Position numbers and translations under genes: made by a program
Notes under the pieces: model-generated
What the model saw: only the letters and a program-made list of their open reading frames with translations
The model's database searches: none
What the model was told of the DNA's origin: nothing
From: Octopus vulgaris
Lineage: Eukaryota
Direction of reading: 5' to 3'
Assembly (NCBI GenBank): GCA_951406725.2
Contig: OX597818.1
Span: 47,492,001 to 47,556,000 of the forward strand
DNA length: 64,000 bases
Part shown: positions 1 to 12,424 of the stretch, piece after piece
How the letters are laid out: every line of letters begins with the position of its first letter
How positions within the stretch are numbered: position 1 is the stretch's first letter

Positions 1-170
1 TATATATATATATATATATATCATCATCATCATCGTTTAACGTCCGCTTTCCATGCTAGCATGGGTTGGACGGTTCAACTGGGGTCTGGGGAGCCCGAAG
101 GCTGCACCAAGGCCAGTCAGATCTGGCAGTGTTTCTACAGCTGGATGCCCTTCCTAACGCCAACCACTCC

Positions 171-216
<46 letters not shown>

Positions 217-2213
217 GTATGTGCGTATATGTTTGTGTGTCTGTGTTTGTCCCCCCAACATTGCTTGACAACCAATGCTGATATGTTTACGTCCTCGTAA
301 CTTAGCAGTTTGGCAAAAGCGACCAATAGAATAAGTACTAGGCTTACAAAGAATAAGTCCTGAGGTCGAATTTCTCGACTAAAGGCGGTGCTCCAGCATG
401 GCCACAGTCAAATGACTGAAACAAGTAAAAGAGTAAAAGAGAGTATACTATTGTGTGTACCCTGTTTATTATTTTGCTTGTGTGGACTGAGAACTACTGG
501 TTTAAAAAGTAATGGAAAATAAGTCACTTTCAGAACATTGATGTCCAGATCACAAAAGCAAAGTTTGAAGGGAATAGTTGTCATTTCCTTTCATTTTCAG
601 ACAGAAGCAAATAGGAAGTAACATTTACTGACCAAAGACAAAAAAAAAAAACGAATTTGCTACACAGTGTAATTAGCAATGCCAGTGTCTATGTTAATTG
701 GTTGAAATTGAGGAGCTTTTCTCAAATCATGACAATGTTTTTCTGTATTTAGTGCAATAAAAAAGGCTTTGTCAATGTCATCATTAAACTTTTCATTATT
801 TTGTTTATCATTGCTTGCTTTTACTACAGTATGTTCTTTTATGTTCTTTTACTTGTTTCAGTCATTTTGACAGCGGCCATGCTGGAGTACCACCTTTAGT
901 TCAGTAAGTCGACGCCAGGACTTATTCTTTGTAAACCTAGTACTTATTCTATTAGTCTCTTTTGTCAAACTGCTAAGTTGTGGGGACGTAAACAGACCAG
1001 CATCGGTTGTCAAGCGATGTTGCGGGAGGGACACACACGCATATATATATGTATGTATGTATGTGTCTGTATATGTTTGTGTGTCTGTGTTTGTCTCCCC
1101 AACAAGTCCTGGGGTCGATTTGCTCGACTAAAAGGCGGTGCTCCAGCATGGCCACAGTCAAATGACTGAAACAAGTAAAAGAGTAAATGAGAGCAGAAAT
1201 ATACATTCCATCATCCCTTTCTGTGCTACTCATTATTCTTCCTTCTCAGAACTGTTTACTTTCAACATCCATCCCTCATTCTTAACACTGTCTCATATCT
1301 GTAAACCACTACCTCCCCCACACTTTTGCTACTCATTTCATTCATCCCTATGTACCTTTGACCACCTTCCCCTCTGTCAGGTCTTGCAACTTTTACCCAT
1401 CCGCATCTACTATCTCCCTATCTCTTATTATATTATAGTATTCCCCATGCGGCAACATGTAAAAGCACCCATGTAGCACCATGTAAAAGCATTCATGCAG
1501 TGCCACATAAAAGTGTCCATGCGGTGCCACGTAAAAGAATCCAGCACACTCTGTAAAGTGGTTGGCATTAGTAGACGGAAACTGAAAGAAGCCCGTCATA
1601 TATATGTATATATATATATGTGTGTGTTTGTCCCCCTAGCATTGCTTGACAACCAATGCTGGTGTGTTTATGTCCCCATTACGTAGCGGTTCGGCAAAAG
1701 AGCCCGATAGAATAAGTACTGGGCTTACAAAAGAATAAGTCCTGGGGTCGATTTGCTCACTTAAAGGTGGTGCTCCAGCATGGCCGCAGTCAAATGACTG
1801 AAACAAGTAAAAGAGTTAAAGAGAGAGTAAGGGCATCCAGCTGTAGAAACCGCAACAAGACTGGAGTCTGGTGCAGCATCCCCACGTCACTTTGGCTTGC
1901 TAGCCCTGGTCGCACTGTCCAACCCATGCCAGCATGGGCAATGAATGTTAAATGATGATGAAGATTTGAAAGAAAAATGTGAATGCTAAAGGGTTATAAT
2001 TTGAATAAAAGGACTTATGACTGACAGGAAACTCAGAGAAACAGTGTCCCTGGGAAGAGAAGCAGGTGACATGGTTATTTCTCCCGTTATTGTAATGTTC
2101 AGAATTAATATAACAAAGCTTTTCAACACAGTTAAGATAACAATTGAATTTTTAATTTACTATATCCATTTTTGCAAAACTTTAAACAACTGTATGAATA
2201 GTCAGGAAGTACA

Positions 2214-2620
2214 AGAGTGGCTGTGTGGTAAGTAGCTTGCTAACCAACCACATGGTTCCAAGTTCAGTCCCACTGCGTGACACCTTGAGAAAGTGTCTTC
2301 TACTATAGCCTCGGGCCCACCAAAGCCTTGAGAGTGGATTTGGTAGACGGAAACTGAAAGAAGGCATCGTATATATATGCATGTATATATGTATGTGAGT
2401 GTGTGTGTATATGTTTGTGTGTCTGTCTTTGTCCCCCCACCCAACATCGCTTGACAACCGATGCTGGTGTGTTTACATCCCCTTAACTTAGCAGTTCGGC
2501 AAAAGAGACCAATAGAATAAATACTAGGCTTACAAAGAATAAATCCTGGGGTCGATTTGCTCGACTAAAGGCGGTGCTCCAGCATGGCCGCAGTCAAATG
2601 ACTGAAACAAGTAAAAGAGT
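2214..2620 (+). mobile_element. ~410-bp SINE family A (tRNA-like head, internal TA/TG microsatellite, AAGAGTA tail)
   Basis: Head GAGTGGCTGTGTGGTAAG with a B-box-like GTTCAGTCCC; ends CAGCATGGCCGCAGTCAAATGACTGAAACAAGTAAAAGAG. Many copies in the window. Confidence 0.85.
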
Positions 2621-3119
2621 CATTTAACGAATTACAGCAAAAAAATGCAAATTTCATGCCAGTTAGGAGATTTGAAGTTATAGAGCTTTCAGTTCATCAC
2701 CCAACACTTGAACAATTCACCAAATGATTTTTTTTTTCCAAATTGAATTTGTCAATTTTTAACCCTTTAGAATTTAAACTGGCCACATCCAGCCCAAATA
2801 TTCTACCTATTTTATGTTAAAACTAGCCAGATCCAGCCTCTCACACCTACCCTACAATGACATTCTAAAAATAAACAATCACGTCATTGAAATCTCAAAG
2901 CTATGAGATAATGCATGATTAATTCAATACGATGTGACTAAATAAGCATTATATTTGGCAAAATAATCAATAATCAAAATGCTATCCTTACAATGGTCAA
3001 TATCACACCAAATTATCTTAAGCTCAATATGATAATTATTTAGAGGCAAGGAACAGGATCGTTTTTTTTTTTTATATCCATATATTAAATGGTTTTATGG
3101 AAGTTTGTATAATACTGGA

Positions 3120-3525
3120 GAACTCGATCAACATCAATGGAAATTGCAGTTGTGATACCAGTGCCGGTGGCACATAAGAGAACCATCCGAATGTGGCCGT
3201 TGTCAGCACCGCCCCGACTGGCCTCGTGCCGGTGGCACGTAAAAAGCATCATCCGTTCGTGGCCGTTGCCAGCCTCGCCTGGCCCCCATGCCAGTGGCAC
3301 ATAAAAAGCACCATCCGATCATGGCCGTTTGCCAGACTCGTCTGGCACGTAAAAAGCACCCACTACACTCACGGAGTGGTTGGCGTTAGGAAGGGCATCC
3401 AGCCGTAGAAACATTGCCACATCAGACTGGGCCTGGTGCAGCCTTCTGGCTTCCTAGACCCCAGTTAAACCGTCCAACCCATGCTAGCATGGAAAGCGGA
3501 CGCTAAATGATGATGATGATGATGA
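3120..3525 (+). mobile_element. 5'-truncated RTE 3' end with four GGCAC(G/A)TAA subunits
   Basis: Same sequence as the RTE 3'UTR at 48644-49150; (GAT)n tail. Confidence 0.85.
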
Positions 3526-3620
3526 ATGTTCTCCCAATCACTAACCCTCTCTTCTTTAACCGCCTGCTCATCTGCACACACAGTCATCATCTATATGTAA
3601 CTTAGACATTTCATATAATG

Positions 3621-3890
3621 ATCATCACCATCGTTTAATGTCTGCTTTCCATGCTAGCATGGGTTGGACGGTTTGACTGAGGTCTGGTGAACCAGATGGC
3701 TGCACCAGGCTCCAATCTTGATCTGGCAGAGTTTCTACGGCTGGATGCCCTTCCTAATGCCAACCACTCCGAGAGTGTAGTGGGTGCTTTTACGTGCCAC
3801 CGGCACGAGGGCCAGTCAGGCGGTACTGGCAACAGCCATGGAAAAATCATGTTTTTTTTTTTTACGTGTCACCGGCACAAGTACCAGTAA
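3621..3890 (-). mobile_element. RTE 3'-end copy, inverted relative to 3120-3525
   Basis: Reverse-complement similarity; (CAT)n on the left. Confidence 0.85.
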
Positions 3891-4357
3891 ATGAAAGGGA
3901 AACTTTAAAAAAACAATCATCAATGAAAACATGACTTTAAAAGCACCAACACATAATTATCAGATAGATCAAGGGAACACTATTGCACTACACTCTTCTG
4001 TGCATAAGCACAACTAAAACTGACAAATTTGTTATAATGACTAGCCCTCACAATTCCTGATTACCTTTCACACAATACCTATACATAAAAACTGCAAGAG
4101 ACTAAGATTGTAATATCAACCACATCAATATTACTACTCTTTTACTTTTTTACTTGTTTCAGTCATTTGACCGTGGCCATGCTGGAACACCACCTTTAGT
4201 CGAGCAAATCGACACCAGGATTTATTCTTTGTAAGCCTAGTACTTATTCTATCGGTCTCTTTTGCCAAACCTCTATGTTACGGGGACATAACACACCAGC
4301 ATCGGTCATCAAGTGATGTTCGGAGGACAAACACAGACACACAAACATACACACACA

Positions 4358-4394
<37 letters not shown>

Positions 4395-5409
4395 CACGGG
4401 CTTCTTTCTGTTTCCATCTACCAAATCCACTCATAAGTATTTGGTCGGCTTGAGGCTATAGTAAAAGACACTTTCCCAAGGTGCCATGCAATGGGACTGA
4501 ACCCGGAACCATGTGGTTGGTAAGCAAGCTACTTGCCACACAGCCACTTCTCCGTCTACTATTCAGATCATTTTAAAAACTTGCAGCATTTCTCCATTTC
4601 AACCTTGTGATTGAATGCTTTCACGTGGGAATGACATTACAAGTCAACAAACCCTATTTACTGTGTTTGGCTAAAGAATAGCTTTACATTAATTTACAGG
4701 TAACGTTGGAAGTAAATTTAAATTTTTCAAATACTTGAACACTGATATCATATACAGTAGTCTAAAAAATAAAAAATAAAATGAAGAAAAGACGTTTTCC
4801 ATTACTTAGTTGCTCTTGGAGAAATGCCAAAGTATTTAAAGCATTAAAAAAAAATGACGGTCAATTGTCTTATTTTTGACGGATCAAGCAGAATTAGACA
4901 AAAAAAAATTCTAATAATCTATTGCTCCAAATGAAAATTCAACCATTTTGATTATCCACAACAAGTGCAAGTGTGGTTGTGTGGTATGAAGCTTGCTTCC
5001 TTTGCACATGGTTCCAGGTTCAGTCCCACTGCATAGCACCTTAGGCATGTGTCTTCTGCTATAGCCTTCACCTGACCAAAGCCTTGTGAGTGGATCTGGT
5101 AGGTGGAAATTGAAGGAAGCCCATCGTGTGTGTGTGTGTGTATGTGTGTGTGCGCACATGGCTTCATATCTGTGTTTGTCACCCCACCACCACCTGACAA
5201 TCAGTGTTAGTGTATTTACATCCATGTAACTTAGAAGTTCAGCAGAAGAGACTGATAGAAAAATCCTAGTACTTATTTTTTTAAAATTAGGTATTTATTC
5301 TATTGGCCACTTTTACCAAAACGCTATGTTACAGGGACATAAACAAACCAACACCAGTTATCAGGAAATGAGAGGTGGAGAAACACAAAGACACACACAC
5401 AATTATATA

Positions 5410-5871
5410 CAGGGTGGCCCAAAAGTAGGTTTACAGTTATCACGTAGGCACTTTGAATTTCTTTTAAAACATTTTATTACATTTAAATTTCTATCTTACA
5501 AACTGAAAAAGGAGCTTGAGAAAATTATCTAAATTAGCATAGAGTGATGGTTTCATAAACGATGATGATGATAACCCTTTTGATACCAACCTGGCTGAAA
5601 CCGCCTCTGGCGCTGAATACAAATGTCTTGTTTTCATAAGTTTTGAATAAAAATCTTCCACCAAGCCCTAGTCACAATTTATGTTCCTAACACTAGCTGA
5701 ATGATAACTAAGTTCTTTTACTAAATTCTTTGTTGTATTTAAAATTAATTGAATGAAACACAGAGCATCTCAAAAGAAATACAGTAATGAAAGGGTTAAG
5801 ATCTAAACTGTTAATATATGAAAGTGAAAGAGATAGTTGAATAACTGTAAACCTACTTTTGGGCCACCCTG
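5410..5871. mobile_element. Tc1/mariner-type MITE
   Basis: Perfect 31-bp TIR CAGGGTGGCCCAAAAGTAGGTTTACAGTTAT (5410-5440 / 5841-5871), with TA on the left. Confidence 0.9.
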
Positions 5872-6967
5872 TGTGATGGATTTCCCCTCAATTTCCATCT
5901 ATCATCACTCACACAGCTTTGGTCAGTCTGGGGCTGTAGTGGAAGACACTTGCATAAGATAACACACAGTGAGACTGAACCCAAAGTGACATAGTTGAAA
6001 ATGAAGCTTTGCCTGCTATTTTAATAGGCCATTTCTGCAGGTAGCAAGTTGGCAGAGTTGTCAGAGCATCAGACAGAATGCCTTGTGGTATTCATTCCGA
6101 TTCTCTGTGCTCTCAGTTTGAATCCCACCAAGGTCAATTTTGCTTTCCGTCTTTTTAGAGTTGATATATAAAGTATCAGTCCACTACTAGGAACAATTCT
6201 ACTAGCTACTCTTTCTCTCTGGAAGACATTGGTTAGTTTGGGACCAGGAGAGGGATGAGCCCTGCCAGGTTTAAAATAACCAGGACATAATCATAGCATG
6301 ACAGAGCCCCTATGATGTCTTCAGGAATTAAGGCTGCACAGACTCTCTCCAATAGACATTTTGGGGTAGAGCTCCAACAAAACCTATTTATCACTATTAT
6401 TTATACCTTTCAGAATCTTAGTCGCACACACAACTTACCTCCTACTACAATGTTTCTATGTAAGCAAGTTTCAGGTGAGATTTGACCCCTATTGATTTTC
6501 AATTTGGTTTTCAATTTTTATTCTCCTTCACACCATTATATGTCCACTGTATCCAAATTATGTTAAAATGAATTAATGTTATTATTTCTTTTTAAGGTAG
6601 CAAACTGGCAGAATTATTAAACACGTCAGACAAAATGCCAAGCAGTATTTCTCCTGACTTACTACATTCTGATTTCAAAGTCCACCGAGGTCAACTTTAC
6701 CTTTCATCCCTCTGGTGTTGATAAAATGAAGTACAAGTCAGGGTTGATATAATTGCCATGTCCTCTCCCCTTGAGATTACTGGCTTTGTGCAAAAATTAA
6801 AAATAATTATTTCTTTTTAAAAGCAATGGTAGTGACCATAGAAAGCAAAATTCAATGCTTAACCCTTCTAATACCAACCTGCCCAAGACACCCTCAGTTC
6901 TGTGAAACAAACTCAGTTTTAAAAGTGATTTATATTACAACCTTACATTAATATTTCATATTAATGT

Positions 6968-7334
6968 ACAAGCAAAACACCCCCCATCCAATGGACAGTG
7001 CTGAGTTGTTAAACATTTAAACCAAATTTTCTCAAAACAACTTGTCCGACCGTGCCATAGGCCTCCCCTTTGAGAAACACTGATTTAACCTAAATTTGAG
7101 ACACCAGCCAAAGACGGATTTCGACTGATGTACTTGCGCGTACAAATGCACATTCCCACGGCTTTATCAATGGCAGTCTCACCTGGAATTGATTTTTGTA
7201 ATTTTTTCAAGACTTATACATGCCCTGATACCGTCGGTATCTACATATCAAATTTGAGTGTAATCGGATGGAGGATGCCTGAGATCCTAGACGCCACACA
7301 CACAGACAGACAGAACGGATTTTATATAATAGAT
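6968..7334 (-). mobile_element. Non-autonomous Helitron-like element inserted into a piggyBac-like MITE
   Basis: Minus strand begins (A)TCTATTATATAAAA followed by (CTGT)n and ends CTTG(T). It splits the MITE motif ...AATGT | TTCCAAACACCAGC with no TSD. Confidence 0.55.
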
Positions 7335-8419
7335 ATTCCAAACACCAGCTTAATAATGACAATGTTATTTTACTAAATTCTTTGTGGCTTTCAAGAATTA
7401 CTTGAGACAAAAGCAATATATTCCAACAGAAATACAGTAACAAAAGAGTTAATGATCTCTAGCCTCGCCATCAAAAATCTATAATCTTCAGTTCGCCATG
7501 ACTGATTTTACCTTTTGACTTAGTGTAAATTAAATATATTTACAAAAACATACCAGCCCTAAAAAAAAATTAAAATAAAAACTAAAAAGACATTACTTTT
7601 TATAGAGGATTTGATGTAATTTATTATTCTGAAACGGCATTATTTCCTGATAAACATTAATTGTCATGTAATGTGTCCAGTTTTAATTAAAATGTAAATG
7701 CAGCAATTAAAATCTAAATGTAGCAAAACTGTCACATTAATAATCTATAACTAGACAGAAAATTTGAATTTCTCTGAGATTATTGAACATTAGGTCAGAA
7801 ACAACCTATTTTAAGAAATCTTTTTGAATAATTCAAGAAATCTCAAATAATGCTAATATTTTTAACATAACATATAATTGACTCAGTTCCGGTAGAGGGT
7901 GTATACAAAAGACAACAAAACAGTGTTGTTCAATGAAGAAGCTACTTGCACAAGAGGTTGTTATTTTCTGACCAAGGTGAGGGAGAACTTCGTAGCTTCA
8001 AACATCAATGCTAAATTGATTTCTCATAAATAGAATGAAGAGCAAAGTATTTTGCACAATGAATCACTTGCATTAATTTTAATGCACTTTTAAGGAGCCA
8101 GATGCAATCAATACACGAACAAGGATGTTGGCTTACTAAAAAGCCTTGATTGAATAACTCAAGTTCGTATCTAAATTCAAGTACCCTACCCTATCCTTAA
8201 GCTGTTAAATCTGCAATTTATCGGAAAGAAAACAAAAGTTAATCTCCATTAAAAATAAATACAACAGATACAAAATAAAACAAAAAATTACAAAAATAAA
8301 ATGTATCTGAATGCATTAAAAACACAAATGAAAGCGTACAGCCCTTGGGATTTAATGATAATTTATGACCAAAGCTAAATGAACTGAGAAAATAGTTTAG
8401 TATCACATGTATTGGATTC

Positions 8420-8670
8420 TGTTTTGGTTCTGTATTACATTCCGAAGGTAGAAGATTTGGGTGTGTAAAGGTAATGCTTGTGAGTAGAGAGCAAAAGCAG
8501 CATATAAGGAGATTATTGTTAGAACAAAAGAAGGACAGAGAAGACTATTGAGAGAGTAAGAAATGTGAAGGAAGAGTTGAGAAACCTTGTGGAATGATGA
8601 ACAAGTTGATGAACCAGACGTTGAAGGTGCACCATCAACATATACATTGATAGAGGAAGCTGTATATGGG
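8420..8670 (-). mobile_element. Highly decayed non-LTR reverse transcriptase fragment (L2/CR1/Jockey-like)
   Basis: SINVYVDGAPS, then IPQG in a shifted frame, then LNSLL and SLYAAF. This order matches the RT V.VDG..S / VPQGS / INDL / YADD motifs. Confidence 0.55.
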
Positions 8671-8827
8671 GGGGGGCTAAGTTCCACTAAAGTTAGTTAT
8701 AGCAGTTATGATGCAACCTGAAATTGGGTGGATTTGCTAAGTGATTTCATCACACATATATTTCAGGGATTTCCTAAATGTGGGAGCAACAACTATTTTC
8801 ACTCGTATTTTTACAAAACAAACTAAA

Positions 8828-9127
8828 AAAACATTCAAGAGAGGTTGTTGCCAGTGCCGCTGGACTGGCTCCTGTGCAGGTGGCACGTAAAAAACACCAT
8901 TTGAGTGTGGCTGTTGCCAGTACCGCCTGACTGGCCCTCATGCCGGTGGCACGTAAAAGCACCCACTACACTCTCAGAGTGGTTGCTGTTAGGAAGGGCA
9001 TCCAGCTGTAGAAACTCTGCCAGATCAAGATTGGAGCCTGGTGCAGCCATCTGGTTTGCCAGTCCTCAGTCAAATCCTCCAACCCATGCCAGCATGGAAA
9101 GCGGATGTTAAACGATGATGATGATGA
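8828..9127 (+). mobile_element. RTE 3'-end copy (representative)
   Basis: Same family. Other copies at about 21-171, 9520-9690, 12683-12958, 19330-19626, 20665-20780, 29015-29268, 38215-38455, 41563-41890 and 45710-45965. Confidence 0.85.
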
Positions 9128-9156
9128 AACTCTAGTTAGTATGAGTAAGGCTTTAA

Positions 9157-9375
9157 CCCTTTAGTATTCAGATTATTTTGTCAAATGTAATGCACATTTA
9201 TTCACAATGTTTTGAATTAATTATACAATACTTTGGAGCTTTAAGATTTCAATGATGTGGTTATATGTTTTTAGAATGACATTGTAGTGTAGGTGTGAGA
9301 TATTGGATCTGACCAGTTTGAACATAAAACTAGTTGAATATTAGGGCTGGATCTGACTGGTTTAAATGCTAAAAG
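9157..9375. mobile_element. piggyBac-like MITE (family 2)
   Basis: TTAA|CCCTTTAG ... CTAAAAG|TTAA. Inverted copy at about 2763-2985 and a fragment at about 51756-51830. Confidence 0.7.
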
Positions 9376-10044
9376 TTAAACAACAGTTCTCAAACAAACA
9401 CCAGCATCACCATCTCCAGCCAAAAATGAGTGAATCTCACCCCCATCTTCTCAGTTATTGGGAAAACAAAATAGAGTCTGTCACCATAATTCTTTGATGT
9501 GTTTAACTTTTTTGGTATCATCTCTGTGCAGGTGGCACATAAAAAGCACCATTTGAGCGTGGCTCTTGCCAGTACCGCCCGACTAGCCCTCATGCCGGTG
9601 GCACATAAAAGCATCCACTACACTCTCGGAGTGGTTGGTATTAGGAAGGGCATCCAGCTGTAGAAACTTTGCCAGATCAGATTGGAGCATGACTGGCCAT
9701 GCTGGAGCACCACCTTTTAGTCAAGCAAATCGACCCCAGGACTTATTCTTTGTAAGCCTGGTACTTATTCTATCGGTCTCTTTTGCCGAACTGCTAAGTT
9801 ACAGGGAAGAAAACACACCAGCATCGGTTGTCAAACGATGCTGGGGGGCAAACACAGACACACACACATACATACATACATACGACAGGCTTCTTTCAGT
9901 TTCTGTCTACCAAATCCACTCACAAGGCTTTGATCAGCCCAAGGCTATAGCAGAAGACACTAGCCCAAGGTGTCACGCAGTGGGACTGAACCCGGAACCA
10001 TGTGGTTGGGAAGCAAGCTACTTACCACACAGCCACTCCTACAC

Positions 10045-10076
<32 letters not shown>

Positions 10077-12026
10077 GTATACACGTGTATATATATATAG
10101 ACAGATAGATATACACACACATATATAATACTCTGAGAATTGAAAAACGAAAGCAACAACACACTTTCTAATAAAATCAATCCATGCCTTTCTTGTTGAA
10201 TGAACACACTAACAATACTAAAAAGATACAATCACTGCCAGAAGGGAATAAAGGAACACAATATTTGTATTTAAAACAATTAGCTCCTCAGGGATACATT
10301 ACCCATGATATATAAAATCTGCTTACTAGCATTAACAATGTAGAGCTGGTATTTGCAGTGATGATCTACATTGACCATGAGAAATGTTTACCAAGGTTAC
10401 TATGGTAAACCATCCCCTTTCATCTTGATGATTGATCGGATCAAATCCAACTTGTCTCTAACAGGAAACTTCCTAGTTGAAAGAACTCCTGGGACACATG
10501 TTAGCTGACATCAAGGATACGAGTAATGAGATTTAACTAATCACAAACTCAATTCAGGTATGGGAAACAATAAACATGTTAAGCAACAATGTTACTCAAT
10601 TTGATTTGTGCATTTTTGTACCTACTAGGTAAATTGTACTGGCAAACTTAATGATGGTTTCAAATTTTGGCACAAGGCCAGCAATTTCAGGGGAAGGGGT
10701 AAATCAATTATGTTGCCCACCCATGCTCATCGGGTACTTATTTTATCAACCTCAAAAGAATGAAAGACAAAGCTGACCTTGGTAAAATTTGAACCCAGGA
10801 TTATAAAGATGGATTAAATATCTATTTCTTTACTACCCACAAGGGGCTAAATACAAACAAGGACAGACAAATGGATTCAGTCGATTACATCGACCCCAGT
10901 GCATAACTGGTACTTAATTTATCAACCCCGAAAGGATGAAAGGCAAAGTCGACCTCGGCGGAATTTGAACACAGAACGTAACAGCAAACGAAATACGGCT
11001 ACGCATTTCGCCCGGTGTGCTAACGTTTCAGCCAGCTCGCCGCCTTAGATGGATGAAATATCACTAAGCATTTTGCCCAGTATGCTAATGATTCTGTCTA
11101 TTCACTGCCTTACAACCAAACTTAATATTGGTCCCTGAATTTCCTGAGCTAGCCAATACATGTATCTGTTTAACACCACCACTCTCAGCATCAATATTAC
11201 TAAGAAAAGGTAGTACACCGGGAAAAATGCTTAGTGGCATTTTGTTCATCTTGCCTGAGTGCCTGAATTCAAATTTCACCGGGTTGATAAAACAAGTCAT
11301 TTCAGGGTTGATAAAACAAGTCCCAGTTGAACACAGGGGTCAATGTAATCGACTCACACCCTCTCCTGAGCTTGCTGGCCTTGTGCCAAAATTTGAAACC
11401 AATATTACTCTTTTACTTGCTTCAGTCATTTGACTGTGGCCATGCTGGAGCACCGCCTTTAGTCAAGCAAATCGACCTCAGGACTTATTCTTTGTAAGCC
11501 TAGTACTTATTCTATCGGCCTCTTTTGCCAAACCGCTAAGTTACGGAGACATAAACACACCAGAATCGGTTGTCAAGCGATGTTGGAGGAGTGGTCGGCC
11601 TGAAGCTATAGTAGAAGACACTTGCCCAAGGTGTCACACAGTGGGACTGAACCTGGAACCATGTGGTTCGTAAGCAAGCAACTTACCACACAGCCACTCC
11701 TACACCTAATATTACTAAGAAAGTTAGAAATGATCTCCACTGTTAATTCAATTTTACCATCAATTACAGTAACATGTCCTTAGGTAGCAAGTGCAATATT
11801 GTAATGCCAGTACTTTTATAAACTGATGTGGTCATTTGATGTGTTTGAAATGATAACCAAATCACCCGCAAATCACAGATTACTACTTTAAATAAAGCAA
11901 GAATAAATAAGATAATCTAGTCCAACATACCCACAAAAAAAGACACGATGGTCACAGATAGAATGCCTTTGATTGTGGCTCAGCTCCATCAAGGCTGAGC
12001 TGGAGCTGAACAGAAACAATCTTACA

Positions 12027-12424
12027 AGGGTGGTGAGCTAGCAGAATCGTTAGCACACCCGGTGAAATGCTTAGTGGTATTTCGTCTGCCGCTACGTTCT
12101 GAGTTCAAATTCCGCCGAGGTCGACTTTGCCTTGCATCCTTTCGGGGTCGATTAAATAAGTACCAGTTATGCACTGGGGTCGATATAATCGACTTAATCC
12201 GTTTGTCCCTTCTGTGTTTAGCCCCTTGTGGGTAGTAAAGAAATAGGTATTTCGTCTGTCACTACGTTCTGACTTCAAATTCCGCTGAGGTCAACTTTGC
12301 ATCCTTTCGGGGTCGATAAATTAAGTAACAGTTACACACTGGGGTCGATATAATCGACTTAATCCCTTTGTCTGTCTTTGTTTGTCCCCTCTGTGTTTAG
12401 CCCCTTGTGAGCAATAAATACATA
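12027..12424 (+). mobile_element. SINE family B (Meta-domain-like) head-to-tail dimer
   Basis: tRNA-like head with B box GAGTTCAAATTCC and a central GCCTTTCATCCTTTCGGGGTCGATAAATTAAGTACCAG motif resembling the MetaSINE domain. Two units, flanked by the 15-bp direct repeat AGAAACAATCTTACA. Confidence 0.85.

Noticed and set aside
6439-6490. Minus-strand ...HRNIVVGG|GTAAGT resembling an actin-fold motif of ACTL6A
   Set aside because: In-frame stop shortly upstream, poor acceptor, no real match to ACTL6 sequence, and intervening exons are absent.
8403-8687. 94-aa ORF resembling a GPI-anchor or transmembrane C-terminus
   Set aside because: Better explained as decayed reverse transcriptase motifs.
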